Below are positions 29,762 to 39,333 of a stretch of 64,000 bases of DNA, one piece after another. This stretch comes from a virus. Lineage: Duplodnaviria > Caudoviricetes. The translations under genes were made by a program, and so were the position numbers. The notes below the pieces were generated by a model. That model saw only the letters and a list, made by a program, of their open reading frames with translations, did no database searches and was not told the DNA's origin. The stretch is from the IMG/VR virus record IMGVR_UViG_3300028197_000002; one strand, given 5' to 3'. Within the stretch, counting starts at the first letter, position 1; every line of letters begins with the position of its first letter.

Positions 29762-30048
29762 TTATCTTCTGTTTCTGAGTCTTTTATGTTCTGCACAATA
29801 TTAAGAATCTTATCAGTAGAAAATCGTTGACCCTTAATGTCTCCAAGAACGGCGGCTGAAACAACAATTATTTCTCTTAAAAGAGTCAAAGGATCTTCCT
29901 CTTCAAATTCTTTAATTATTTGATCTAACTTTGGCTTAAGCATTGTGCGCAATCTTGCATCGACTGTAACACTCGATCCACCTAAAACATTTCTTAAGGC
30001 AATCTTAGTAACATCATTTTCTTCTAACCATTCTTTTATTGATTTCAT
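29758..30048 (-). CDS. hypothetical protein with capsid-targeting-like N-terminus
   Basis: MKSIKEWLEE. Confidence 0.65.
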   Translation of the reverse strand: MKSIKEWLEENDVTKIALRNVLGGSSVTVDARLRTMLKPKLDQIIKEFEEEDPLTLLREIIVVSAAVLGDIKGQRFSTDKILNIVQNIKDSETEDK

Positions 30049-30554
30049 TTGTCTGTCCTTATAATTCTGTTTTTTATTTTTGAACTTTCACTATCTGAGT
30101 TTAATTCAGATTTAAATTTGTTTACTCTTCCGGCCCAACTAGAAACCTTGTCTTTAGGGACATCTAATAGTTCGGCCATAGCTTCTGCATTTGAGCATAA
30201 GTTGGAAAAAACATCCCAAAAATTACCACAATCTTTTTTAATAATATTATTCCCAATTCTTATAATATCTAAAGATTTTGATTCTTCTGCGTCGTTTTTT
30301 GATTCGCAAAATTCTTTGAAATTTCTCATATCTTTATTTATTGTTTTTTTCTTTTTTTTAAATAAAGAATCTACGTTGTATTGGGAATGATCTTTTTCAG
30401 ATCCAGCCATATACTTGCTCTTCAGCTTCTTAAATCCATCGTCTGAGGCCACATTATTCATTTGGTGCGTGAATACTTGTCCCGCACCTATGCTGTTAAC
30501 GTAGCCGCCTGAGCGTCTCATTTCTTTTAATTGGAGCCATTTGGTAAATTTCAT
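30045..30554 (-). CDS. hypothetical protein with two capsid-targeting-like motifs
   Basis: MKFTKWLQLKE at the start and internal MRNFKEFCESK. Confidence 0.65.
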   Translation of the reverse strand: MKFTKWLQLKEMRRSGGYVNSIGAGQVFTHQMNNVASDDGFKKLKSKYMAGSEKDHSQYNVDSLFKKKKKTINKDMRNFKEFCESKNDAEESKSLDIIRIGNNIIKKDCGNFWDVFSNLCSNAEAMAELLDVPKDKVSSWAGRVNKFKSELNSDSESSKIKNRIIRTDK

Positions 30555-30566
30555 TAAGAGTATATA

Positions 30567-31268
30567 TTAATAATTCTTCCAAATATTAATATTTTTATTT
30601 TTTATCTTAATGCAATTCCATTCTTCTAAAATTCTTTTATATACTGGATCATTTGACGAAACGAGCAAAACTTTCCCCCGAGAGAAATTTATAAATTCTA
30701 AGAAGTCTAAGTTCTGATCAATGTCATCATCAAAAAGCATTGAAAAACAAAAAGATTCTTTACAATCTAAAGTTTTTGCTAAGACTAAAGGATTATTATT
30801 TAAAAAATAAACATGTTTAATTCGATCTTCTATTTGAGAAATATTTTCTGCCTGTAGTTTCCAAAAGTTTCGAGCTTTGCTTCTATCTAATTTTTTATAA
30901 TATTTTTCATTGTTTCCAACACTCATTGCAGAAAGCATATATCTAGTTATTGAAGATTTAAGATCGTCTTCTTCTTTTTCTTTAGATTCTAATAACTCAT
31001 TGAAAAAAGTTTTAGTGTATTTTGCTTTTGAAAATTTTCTTTTAAAAAATCTCGAATAATCTTTTATATGATTCCAAAATTCACAATCTTTCTCATTTTT
31101 AAAATTTACTATTTCTTCAATAGACTTTTCTTTATTCAAAAGAACACTTGCGCTGCAAAAGTTTGGAACATAGTATTCTAATTCCTCGTAGTTTTCTGGA
31201 AACAGAGGAAAGACTTCAGATAGACTTTTTAGAATATCATTATTTTTTAATGGAGACTTTAATTTCAT
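30567..31268 (-). CDS. degenerate D12-class DNA adenine methyltransferase homologue
   Basis: FPENYEELEYYVPNFCSASVLLNKEKSIEEIVN and GKVLLVSSNDPVYKRILEEWN match the Dam layout, but motif I and DPPY are not preserved. Confidence 0.55.
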   Translation of the reverse strand: MKLKSPLKNNDILKSLSEVFPLFPENYEELEYYVPNFCSASVLLNKEKSIEEIVNFKNEKDCEFWNHIKDYSRFFKRKFSKAKYTKTFFNELLESKEKEEDDLKSSITRYMLSAMSVGNNEKYYKKLDRSKARNFWKLQAENISQIEDRIKHVYFLNNNPLVLAKTLDCKESFCFSMLFDDDIDQNLDFLEFINFSRGKVLLVSSNDPVYKRILEEWNCIKIKNKNINIWKNY

Positions 31269-31480
31269 TTTTTTCTTAAATATATTGCATTGTTGCAGGA
31301 AGAACAAAATAAATCATAATCCCCGTAACCCAGTCTTTTACCTTCCCAAAACCAACCTTTATTTTGTTCTTTGGCACATAAAACGCAAAGAGCATCTATG
31401 ACTGCTTCTTCTCCTTCGCCCTTTTGATACCAATAACAGTTTTCTTTTATTTGATTTTCTTGTATTTGTTCTGAACTCAT
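31265..31480 (-). CDS. small Zn-ribbon-like protein
   Basis: CVLC...CSSC; start MSSEQ at 31480. Confidence 0.6.
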   Translation of the reverse strand: MSSEQIQENQIKENCYWYQKGEGEEAVIDALCVLCAKEQNKGWFWEGKRLGYGDYDLFCSSCNNAIYLRKK

Positions 31481-31514
31481 CACATACCTTTGGAGACTTT
31501 TTATTATAGTAAAC

Positions 31515-31838
31515 TCAACAAAGGTCTGTGTACTTTTTAGAATATTCTTTGTAAATAACAGTTTCGATGTAATCGTAAATGCAACTTCCATCTTTTGAGC
31601 TTGCTAATATGTAGGCTGCTACTTTTTGGTCCTTGTCAATCGAACTTGCAGCAAATAATTCTATTAATTTTTCGCCAATAGATTCTCTTTTAATTTCTTC
31701 GCCATCAAGGATTCTCATTATAAATCTAGGTGGATTATCACCTTTAATTTGGATAACGCGGTCAATACAACCATCTGCCGGTCCTCCATTTAAAATAGCA
31801 TCCCATTCATATCCATGTCCCTGCATTTTCATATCCAA
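31515..31838 (-). CDS. hypothetical protein
   Basis: 107 aa ORF in an operon; LNGGPADG motif. Confidence 0.7.
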   Translation of the reverse strand: MDMKMQGHGYEWDAILNGGPADGCIDRVIQIKGDNPPRFIMRILDGEEIKRESIGEKLIELFAASSIDKDQKVAAYILASSKDGSCIYDYIETVIYKEYSKKYTDLC

Positions 31839-32161
31839 CCTTCCAAAATAGCTTTTTTTATATCTTGAATTAAAACTTTTCTATGAAGATATTCCGATAC
31901 AGATTTTACAAATTCTTTTTCTATTTTCTTCTGTTCTTGTGCTAAATAAGACATTCCTTTGCCCTTTGCTTCTAAAAATCTTAAAACATCTATTTTAAAA
32001 TTTAATTGTTCGCCATCTATAAATATAGCTTTTTCAACTCCATCTATTCGGGGGTCAGGACCCAAAGGCCTCATTTTAACCTCAAATTTATGTTTAAAAT
32101 TGCCTTTTTCGTCTGTTGGGGGCAATTCTTTATGAAGTTCAAAATCATCAAAATTATTCAT
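31829..32161 (-). CDS. hypothetical protein
   Basis: 110 aa ORF. Confidence 0.7.
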   Translation of the reverse strand: MNNFDDFELHKELPPTDEKGNFKHKFEVKMRPLGPDPRIDGVEKAIFIDGEQLNFKIDVLRFLEAKGKGMSYLAQEQKKIEKEFVKSVSEYLHRKVLIQDIKKAILEGWI

Positions 32162-32208
32162 GAAATTAATATAGTATTTTATAAATAAATATAAAAGGAA
32201 TTCACGTT

Positions 32209-32721
32209 ATGCATTTTTTAGAAACCTCTTTAAGCGAGTTGTATCAAAGCACTGTTGATACTTTCCCAACGACTTCAAAAAGACAAAATTCAATTGATAC
32301 AGTTGTTATTGAGAATTTGAATTGGATTCCTTTCTTGGGAGTAAAAACTTTATTTATAAAAGGTCTTGTTAAAAATGAAGGGAAAAAATACGACTCAATT
32401 ATTTTAATTAAAAATATGAAGTTCGAAGAAAAAGAAGGGAAAAACATAATTAAAATAAAAATGAGTGATGGAAAAGATTATTATGTCCAAAAAGTAAAAA
32501 TTGATGAAAACGATGTTTCTGTTAGATGCAACTGTGGAGATTTTTACTGGCGTGGGAACTACGCAAACTCGCTCGACAAATCTCTTTACGGAAGAAAAAG
32601 AAGCAAGTACGAAACAAAAACTAATAGGCCTCCGGTCAATCCTGGAGATTCTCCGATAATGTGTAAACATCTTATTAAAATGACAAAAATTTTAAAAGAA
32701 GCCAATTTGCTAAAAAATTAA
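32209..32721 (+). CDS. SWIM-like zinc-finger protein
   Basis: VRCNCGDF...MCKHL; T4-type TATAAATA at 32180-32187 upstream. Confidence 0.7.
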   Translation: MHFLETSLSELYQSTVDTFPTTSKRQNSIDTVVIENLNWIPFLGVKTLFIKGLVKNEGKKYDSIILIKNMKFEEKEGKNIIKIKMSDGKDYYVQKVKIDENDVSVRCNCGDFYWRGNYANSLDKSLYGRKRSKYETKTNRPPVNPGDSPIMCKHLIKMTKILKEANLLKN

Positions 32722-32753
32722 TATATATCTAAACAAAGAACGCTGCTAGGAGT

Positions 32754-33293
32754 TTGATGACCTATTTAATAAATCCAAAAACAACTGTGAGGCAAAACAA
32801 TGTAGTCATAGGCACTATTTTGGGTGGATCTTCTCTTGTAAAACCCTCCAAAGGGAAAAATTGCTACTTGTCCATGAGAAGTAAAGATCTCGAATGGATA
32901 AGTTGGAAATCCAAAGAGTTAAAAGACCTAGCCAATGTTGATCCTATTACAAAAGAAAAAACATATAGATGGCATTCGATATGTTATCCAGTATTTAATG
33001 ATTACTACAAACAATTTTATCATCAAAATAAAAGAGCTTTAAATATAGATACATTAAATCTATTACAAGAAATGAGTTTCGCTGTCTGGTTTAAAGATTG
33101 TGGTAAAATCAAATCAAACAAGGCTATATTCAATACAAATATATGGAAAGAAAAAGGAAACAAAACAATACTTAAATATTTTAAAAGCTTAGATTGGGAA
33201 TGTGAAATGTTTAAAGAAAGAAATAACTTTAGAATACGATTGTCTGAAGATTCTACACAAGAAATTTTAGATATGATGAAAAACTTAGACTGA
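32754..33293 (+). CDS. degenerate LAGLIDADG_2-type endonuclease homologue
   Basis: IGTILGGSSL and SFAVWFKDCG align with LLGDG and WFMDDG but have lost acidic residues. Confidence 0.65.
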   Translation: MMTYLINPKTTVRQNNVVIGTILGGSSLVKPSKGKNCYLSMRSKDLEWISWKSKELKDLANVDPITKEKTYRWHSICYPVFNDYYKQFYHQNKRALNIDTLNLLQEMSFAVWFKDCGKIKSNKAIFNTNIWKEKGNKTILKYFKSLDWECEMFKERNNFRIRLSEDSTQEILDMMKNLD

Positions 33294-33301
33294 GGAAGAT
33301 C

Positions 33302-34501
33302 ATGAAAAAAGCATCAGGAATTTTTTATACCGATGGGAAACAAGTTTTGTTACTCAAAAAAAGAAAAGGCAAAAGTAAAAACTCTTGGGGATTGCCCGGA
33401 GGTGGAATAGAAAAAGGAGAGTCTGCTTTAGATGCAGCCAAAAGAGAGTCTCGTGAAGAAATTGGAAAATGGGAAGGAAGAAATTTTGGTAAAGTAAGAG
33501 AATTAGAAAGAACTTCAGACGGCAGGAGATCAGAAATATCTCACAATTGGACTACTTTTTTTTACAAGGTAGAAAAACCTTTTAAGTGTAGATTAAGCAA
33601 AGAACATTCAAAATGGGATTGGTTTGATTTAGATGGACTTAAAAAAATAAAATTACATCCAAAGCTTAAAAAATATTTGAAAAAACATTTAAAAGTTGTA
33701 GAAAAAGAATTTAAAATAAACATAAAAGAAAGTTTTACTGATGAAGGGAAAGGAGCTACTTTTAAAGAATGGTTGGAAAATTCAAAAGTCGACGTATTAT
33801 CAGAAAGTATGGATGTGTCTGTGTCGGGCTACGTTGCGGACAGATCTAACAGAGATCTTCTTAGTTTGTCTAATTCTATGAGCAAAATAGTGAATAAAAC
33901 ATGGTTTAAACTTACTGATGAAGAGCGAGAAAAAATAAAAGTTCGACCCGTAGTAACTTCGGACGGAGATGATCATTTTGAAAAAGAAGGAACAATAAAT
34001 TTTTACACATCTGGCTGGAAAGATGAAGACGTTCAAGAAATATCTGACGGTCTTAAAAAATTCATGGATTCTAAAAATGTAAAGCATGGTCCGTTTCGGT
34101 TAGATAGAAGTGGAGTTTATGATTCCAGTGTGATTAGGATACCAATTCTTCAGATGCCTGTGGAAAAAGAAGGAAATAATCCTCCCGAAATGAACTTGTC
34201 TAATACAAATGCGATTGCTTTATTCAGAGATGTTTTAGGATTTGAATTTGATCAGACTCTTTCTGGATTTTCTATCCCTGCCTTCGAATTGCTTAAGGCG
34301 ATTGAAGATTTAAATGAACCCAAGGGCCAAGACAAAATAGACATTCATTCTAGAGATGCCTATCAAACAAAACGCAAAGATGGACCAACAATGATTCACG
34401 GAGGGCAAGATAGAAACGACATTCTAAGAAAGCTAAATGTAGTTAGAAAAATTGCTCAATGGGCAATAAAGAATGGTCATCAAGAAATATCTGTATTCTA
34501 A
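33302..34501 (+). CDS. NUDIX hydrolase fused to an unknown C-terminal domain
   Basis: Nudix box GGIEKGESALDAAKRESREEIG. Confidence 0.85.
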   Translation: MKKASGIFYTDGKQVLLLKKRKGKSKNSWGLPGGGIEKGESALDAAKRESREEIGKWEGRNFGKVRELERTSDGRRSEISHNWTTFFYKVEKPFKCRLSKEHSKWDWFDLDGLKKIKLHPKLKKYLKKHLKVVEKEFKINIKESFTDEGKGATFKEWLENSKVDVLSESMDVSVSGYVADRSNRDLLSLSNSMSKIVNKTWFKLTDEEREKIKVRPVVTSDGDDHFEKEGTINFYTSGWKDEDVQEISDGLKKFMDSKNVKHGPFRLDRSGVYDSSVIRIPILQMPVEKEGNNPPEMNLSNTNAIALFRDVLGFEFDQTLSGFSIPAFELLKAIEDLNEPKGQDKIDIHSRDAYQTKRKDGPTMIHGGQDRNDILRKLNVVRKIAQWAIKNGHQEISVF

Positions 34502-35232
34502 TAATTTATATAATTTTGAGTTTCAATCATAGAGCTTACAGTTCCCATATCGTGCCAAAAACCTTTTAGCTTGTAAGACAACAAATTTTTTGATTGGACA
34601 TAGTGATTATTTACATCTGTTATTTCAAGCTCTCCTCTATTAGAGGTTTTGAGATAAGGAAGAATTTCAAAAACAGCAGGCGTGTACAAATACAAACCTG
34701 TGACAGCCCAGTTTGTTTTTGGGACTTTAGGTTTCTCAACTATATTTGAAACAACTCCTTGCCCATCTATTTCTGCAACTCCAAATCTTTCTGGGTCTGT
34801 TACTTCTTTTATGAAAATTGCTGCTTTGTTCGAATAGTCTTCAAATTCTTTTATTTCTTTTTCAAAAGAATCTTCAAAGAAATTATCGCCTAGTATAACA
34901 GCAAAATTTTCTTGACAAACAAAGACTTCAGATAGTTTTAAGGCTTGGGCTATTCCCGTTGGGCTTCTGTCCATTTCTTGAATTTTATAAGTTAAATTGA
35001 CATTTAAATCTTGCCCATCGCCTAAAGTTTGAACCATGTGCCCACAGTGATCTCTTGAAGTTATAATTAATATCTCTTCTATGCCACTTTGTTTAAGTGT
35101 ATTTATGGGATAGTGTATTATAGGCACAGCGCCTTTGTCTTTAGAATAAACAGGAGCCAAATGCTTGCATGTTGCATTTGTAAAAGGTGCCAAACGAGTG
35201 CCAAAACCTCCTGCGAGTATTACGCCTTTCAT
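34498..35232 (-). CDS. rmlA: glucose-1-phosphate thymidylyltransferase (short form)
   Basis: MKGVILAGGFGTRLAP, GIAQAL, ILGDN, ERFGVAE, RGELEITDVN, WHDMGT. Confidence 0.9.
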   Translation of the reverse strand: MKGVILAGGFGTRLAPFTNATCKHLAPVYSKDKGAVPIIHYPINTLKQSGIEEILIITSRDHCGHMVQTLGDGQDLNVNLTYKIQEMDRSPTGIAQALKLSEVFVCQENFAVILGDNFFEDSFEKEIKEFEDYSNKAAIFIKEVTDPERFGVAEIDGQGVVSNIVEKPKVPKTNWAVTGLYLYTPAVFEILPYLKTSNRGELEITDVNNHYVQSKNLLSYKLKGFWHDMGTVSSMIETQNYINY

Positions 35233-35241
35233 AAGTATTTC

Positions 35242-35778
35242 TCAATTCATAAGATAGTTTTGTCTTGGACTCAAATCCATTTTTTTTAAATATTCAACAT
35301 CTTGTCTGATTTTCTCTTTGTCCCATTCTTCATAATTATCACCAAAAACAAATTTGTCATGTGGCTTTATATCCCACCAAACTGATCGTTCAAGTTCGTA
35401 TTCCAGCTGTTCTTCTTGCCACGTACAAAATCCAATATACATTTCGAATCTTGTTCTTTTATTAGATATTATTTTTTCTATATTTTCTGGGTGGCAGCTT
35501 TGATAAGTATTTGGGAAAACTTCTTCTTCTGAGTATTTTTTTGACTTATGAACTAAAAAGACTTTTCCGTATACGGGACCTCCTATTCTTAAATTGTTAT
35601 TTTTTGGAACAATTAAATTAGGATTGACTTCTTCCCATACGTCTTTAATTTTTTGATTCATTCGCTTATTAGTAATAACTCCTACATTACCAATATCTCC
35701 GTTTTTTAAAATCAATATTGTTGACTTATAAAAAATGGAGTCTTTAACGATAGGAGTTGATACTAAAATTTTACTCAT
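35242..35778 (-). CDS. YqgE/AlgH (DUF179) family protein
   Basis: DSIFYKSTILIL, GVITNK, IGGPV, IGFCTWQEEQLEYEL..SVW. Confidence 0.8.
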   Translation of the reverse strand: MSKILVSTPIVKDSIFYKSTILILKNGDIGNVGVITNKRMNQKIKDVWEEVNPNLIVPKNNNLRIGGPVYGKVFLVHKSKKYSEEEVFPNTYQSCHPENIEKIISNKRTRFEMYIGFCTWQEEQLEYELERSVWWDIKPHDKFVFGDNYEEWDKEKIRQDVEYLKKMDLSPRQNYLMN

Positions 35779-36349
35779 TAATAATAGTAACACCAGACAA
35801 AGGATCTTCTGTCAAAAGAGATTCTTCTGTATTTTCTTCTATGTTTTCTTCGTCATTTTTAACTTCTTTTAATTGTTTGTTATTGGAAGTTGAATGCACT
35901 ATATGTTCTAACTTACCTTCAGTATTAATTTGATCAGGTTGATCTAGTAAAAGCTTTTCTTCATTCATAACTTTCTCCTTGTTAGTTCTTTTCTTCCTAG
36001 TTTTTTCAGTCTTTTTTTTGACTTCTTTATTTATCTTTTGAGATTCTATTTTTTCTTCTACTTTTACTTTTTCTTCAGTTGTTATTGCTTTTTTCTGTGG
36101 GGCTTCTATGGTTCTAACTAAAGAAGCTTCTCTAGGAACCATTTGTAAAAAAGAACTATCTCCAGTCCAAGTTTGTCCGGGTTCAACCCATATCTTGCCC
36201 TCTGCCGATTTTTTAAATAGTTGAATAGAAGCGGTAGTGCTCCTATTTCTAAATTTGAACAAACCTTCGCCAGTTTCATTTTCTTTCTTTTTATTGAGTC
36301 TGGCTTGGTTTCTAGCTACTTTGGATTTGATATCATTTTTTTGTTTCAT
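35771..36349 (-). CDS. hypothetical protein
   Basis: 192 aa ORF. Confidence 0.7.
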   Translation of the reverse strand: MKQKNDIKSKVARNQARLNKKKENETGEGLFKFRNRSTTASIQLFKKSAEGKIWVEPGQTWTGDSSFLQMVPREASLVRTIEAPQKKAITTEEKVKVEEKIESQKINKEVKKKTEKTRKKRTNKEKVMNEEKLLLDQPDQINTEGKLEHIVHSTSNNKQLKEVKNDEENIEENTEESLLTEDPLSGVTIINE

Positions 36350-36397
36350 AATTTTTCACCTAAATACTACATTTAGTATAGTATCAGGTAGGCCATA

Positions 36398-36754
36398 ATG
36401 AAAAATCCAGATCTAAAAAATAAATTAATACCCAAAAAGTGGACGGAACTTTACCCACAAGGCACTAAAGCTGGGAATGACGAATCAAAGTTTTTTGTCT
36501 GTCTATCCAGAAACAAAAAATATGATTGGAGATCTATCGCAGCGATATCCAAAGAAAGCTCTTTGAGCAAAAAAAGAGTAGAAGAGATAATTCTCAAATA
36601 CCATAAACTAGGAATAGTTCTACAGCACCCAAAGAATGAACTTCATTGGGGCTATTGGGAACGTATACCGCATATGCTTCCAGAAAAAAAGAACTCAATA
36701 TCTTCTTCAGATAAAGAAAGTAGAATAAAAAAAGCAATTAATAAAAATAATTAA
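36398..36754 (+). CDS. possible winged-helix DNA-binding protein
   Basis: WRSIAAISKESSLSKKRVEEIILKYHKLGIV. Confidence 0.5.
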   Translation: MKNPDLKNKLIPKKWTELYPQGTKAGNDESKFFVCLSRNKKYDWRSIAAISKESSLSKKRVEEIILKYHKLGIVLQHPKNELHWGYWERIPHMLPEKKNSISSSDKESRIKKAINKNN

Positions 36755-36778
36755 ATAATTTAATTAATTGCTTTTTTC

Positions 36779-37069
36779 TTATTTATTTTCTTTTACAGCA
36801 GTGTCTTTAGGCGTAACTATATTCTTATCCTTCATGTTTTTAGCTTCAACGTCTGCATTAGCTTTGCTTGGGTTAAAGTATTTTTCAGGATATTGACCAG
36901 AAACATAAGCATCAGGATAGTTTGCACTATAGCCTGTTCTTACTCTGTTTTCATCGGTAGTGTTGTCCTCAGCTTCCTTTGCCTCAAGATTATCTTCGGC
37001 AGGAGCTGCATCTGTAACTGCTGGACTTTCTAGTTTGTTTTCTTTCATCCAATTTAAAAATGATTGCAT
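36779..37069 (-). CDS. hypothetical protein with capsid-targeting-like N-terminus
   Basis: MQSFLNWMKE; SD AAGGAG. Confidence 0.7.
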   Translation of the reverse strand: MQSFLNWMKENKLESPAVTDAAPAEDNLEAKEAEDNTTDENRVRTGYSANYPDAYVSGQYPEKYFNPSKANADVEAKNMKDKNIVTPKDTAVKENK

Positions 37070-37167
37070 TATAAAATCTCCTTGTGAACAATTTTATATA
37101 GAGTATATATAAGTTTTTTTTCATTTTTTTCAACTATATAATTTAGTCGCAAAAGGAGATAAATTTA

Positions 37168-38892
37168 ATGAGATTCGCAGAATGGCTAATTTTTGAAGAT
37201 ATAAGAGAAGATTTTAATAATTGTCACTTTAAATTGCTACTTAAACAAGTAGATGAATTGTTCGAAAGAGCATTAAAAACCAAAGGATTTATTGAAGAAA
37301 ATGTGGATTTTGAAGTAATTCAAGAAGTTTGGCAATATCCCACATCAGTAGAAACAATATCTGAAAATTTAAGCGATTGCAACTGCCGAGCTTTAATGGC
37401 CAAAAGCACAATACCAGTAAATTGCTGCTCTCTCAAGTGCATAAAAGATCTAATGGTTCAGGTTAGATTAGGAGGAATTGAGGAAAGAAGAAAAGATATG
37501 GGGAATCTGCAGGTCCTGCACAACAAGCAAATCGAGGTAGCTGAGGAATTGGAGAAAGAACCAGAAAATCCCTTCCTCATAGAAGATTTAGAAGACGTAG
37601 CAAAAGAAAAAATTAAACTATTAATTAAGCTTGGTCATATTAGAAAAAGAGAAACATTCGTTCAAAACTTCTATCTTGATGAACTAAAAGATAGAGAAAA
37701 GAATCTAGAAGAGCTTAACAAAAGAACTATGAACGCCTTGGCAGAAAAAAACAATGAAGTTCCAGAGGAAATGAAAATATATTTAAATCCCAATGCAAAT
37801 AAAGACTTTGGAACATTTTTAATGAAAATGTTTGTAAAAGGAGATGACATAGATCGAGCAGGAGACATATTCCAAAATTTCGTAAAAAGATTGACATCAA
37901 AAAAAATAAAAAATGGAGAAGCAACTTGGAAAGATTTTGCTGGTCTTAAAGGAACTTTACAAGATCTTGAAGACTCTGAGTGTGACGATTCATCATTAGG
38001 ATCACCAAAATCAGTTGAAAAAGAAAGTCCAATATTAAACAGACTATCAAAATTTATGAAAGCAAATATTTCTAAGTCCGGGAGATCTGGAAGTGAAGAG
38101 TACGTTTCTCGAAAAGAAACTGTGACAAGCAGAACGGCAAAACAAGCAATTATAAATAATGACTTGGGAAGAACGAAAGCGAAAGGACAAATAAATTGGT
38201 CTAAAAAAGGATCTGAGAATTTGGGATTCTATCGGGATGCTTTAAACAGTTTGTTTAATGGAGAAGAAATAAATGTTGTTTCAAGAGAAGATAAACTTAG
38301 AAAAGAAATAGTAGAAGATATATTTTTCTCTAAAAGCACTAATAAAGACTTGTTTCCAATTAGACCGTCTAACAAAGAAAACATAAGTTTATCATTGGAA
38401 AGTTATTATGATTTTTTGAAAGCAAGTACAATTTCAAAAGTTGCAGAAGTTCCACGAACTGCACTTAAAAGTTCAAGCGAAGAAGAAGACACAGACGCAG
38501 CAATACTAAGTTCATTAAGAGGCAGATCTCAAAAAGACAATTCTGTTGGGAAGTCTGCTGACCCTCTTAAACAACTAATTGGCAAAGAAGAAATGGAAGT
38601 GGGAGAATTAGGAAAAATAAATCAACAACTAAAGAAAATGCTTTTGGGATCAGAAGAAGAAATGCAACAAGCTCTTTCTTTCTGCATCAAATATGGGTTA
38701 GACTGCAGAAATTTCAATAAAATTAATGTAAGCAAAGATGTGTTTAGAACAACAACAAAAGGAGATTCCTTAAAAGGTCTTCCTGTACAAGTTGTAGCGA
38801 ATCAACTCTCTGTAATGTTGAAAAAAGACATCCCTTATCAAAAAGCAAGAAATCTAACAATGGACGCCGAGGCCAAAATAAGAAGTTTATAA
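37168..38892 (+). CDS. large hypothetical protein, possibly a divergent sigma-like factor
   Basis: MRFAEWLIFE start; C-terminus IKYGLD...GLPVQVVANQL...KARNLTMDAEAKIR recalls sigma region 4. Confidence 0.5.
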   Translation: MRFAEWLIFEDIREDFNNCHFKLLLKQVDELFERALKTKGFIEENVDFEVIQEVWQYPTSVETISENLSDCNCRALMAKSTIPVNCCSLKCIKDLMVQVRLGGIEERRKDMGNLQVLHNKQIEVAEELEKEPENPFLIEDLEDVAKEKIKLLIKLGHIRKRETFVQNFYLDELKDREKNLEELNKRTMNALAEKNNEVPEEMKIYLNPNANKDFGTFLMKMFVKGDDIDRAGDIFQNFVKRLTSKKIKNGEATWKDFAGLKGTLQDLEDSECDDSSLGSPKSVEKESPILNRLSKFMKANISKSGRSGSEEYVSRKETVTSRTAKQAIINNDLGRTKAKGQINWSKKGSENLGFYRDALNSLFNGEEINVVSREDKLRKEIVEDIFFSKSTNKDLFPIRPSNKENISLSLESYYDFLKASTISKVAEVPRTALKSSSEEEDTDAAILSSLRGRSQKDNSVGKSADPLKQLIGKEEMEVGELGKINQQLKKMLLGSEEEMQQALSFCIKYGLDCRNFNKINVSKDVFRTTTKGDSLKGLPVQVVANQLSVMLKKDIPYQKARNLTMDAEAKIRSL

Positions 38893-38896
38893 ATTT

Positions 38897-39319
38897 ATGA
38901 AAGATTACATCCCCGCCATACTCGTAGCTTTATTTTGGGGAGTTTCGTATGGGGCTTGTGAACAATCTTTAAAGAGTGTTGATAAAAAAATATTTCTTCT
39001 TATCACAGGAATTGTAACAGGATTTTTTTGGACTTCCTATTATTTCATAGGTAAAAGCGAAAACAAAATTGATTCAATTGGATTGTTCTGGCTACTTGTA
39101 AGTGTGATTGCAGCGTTATTGGGAAATTATTATTGCCTAAAAGCTATAGAACAAATGGGTTCTGTTAAAGCTTCTGTCATAGAGATATCTTATCCCATTT
39201 TTTGCGCTTTGTTCATAATGCTTGTACAAATGAAAATCACGATGAACATTCAGCAAATAATTTGCATGTTCATCGTGATTTTTGGTTCCGCAGGATTTAT
39301 GTGGTGTGGTAGAAATTAG
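38897..39319 (+). CDS. EamA/DMT family membrane protein
   Basis: Four to five TM helices; VALFWG, SVKASVIEISYPIF. Confidence 0.75.
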   Translation: MKDYIPAILVALFWGVSYGACEQSLKSVDKKIFLLITGIVTGFFWTSYYFIGKSENKIDSIGLFWLLVSVIAALLGNYYCLKAIEQMGSVKASVIEISYPIFCALFIMLVQMKITMNIQQIICMFIVIFGSAGFMWCGRN

Positions 39320-39333
39320 CAGGAAATTTCGGT

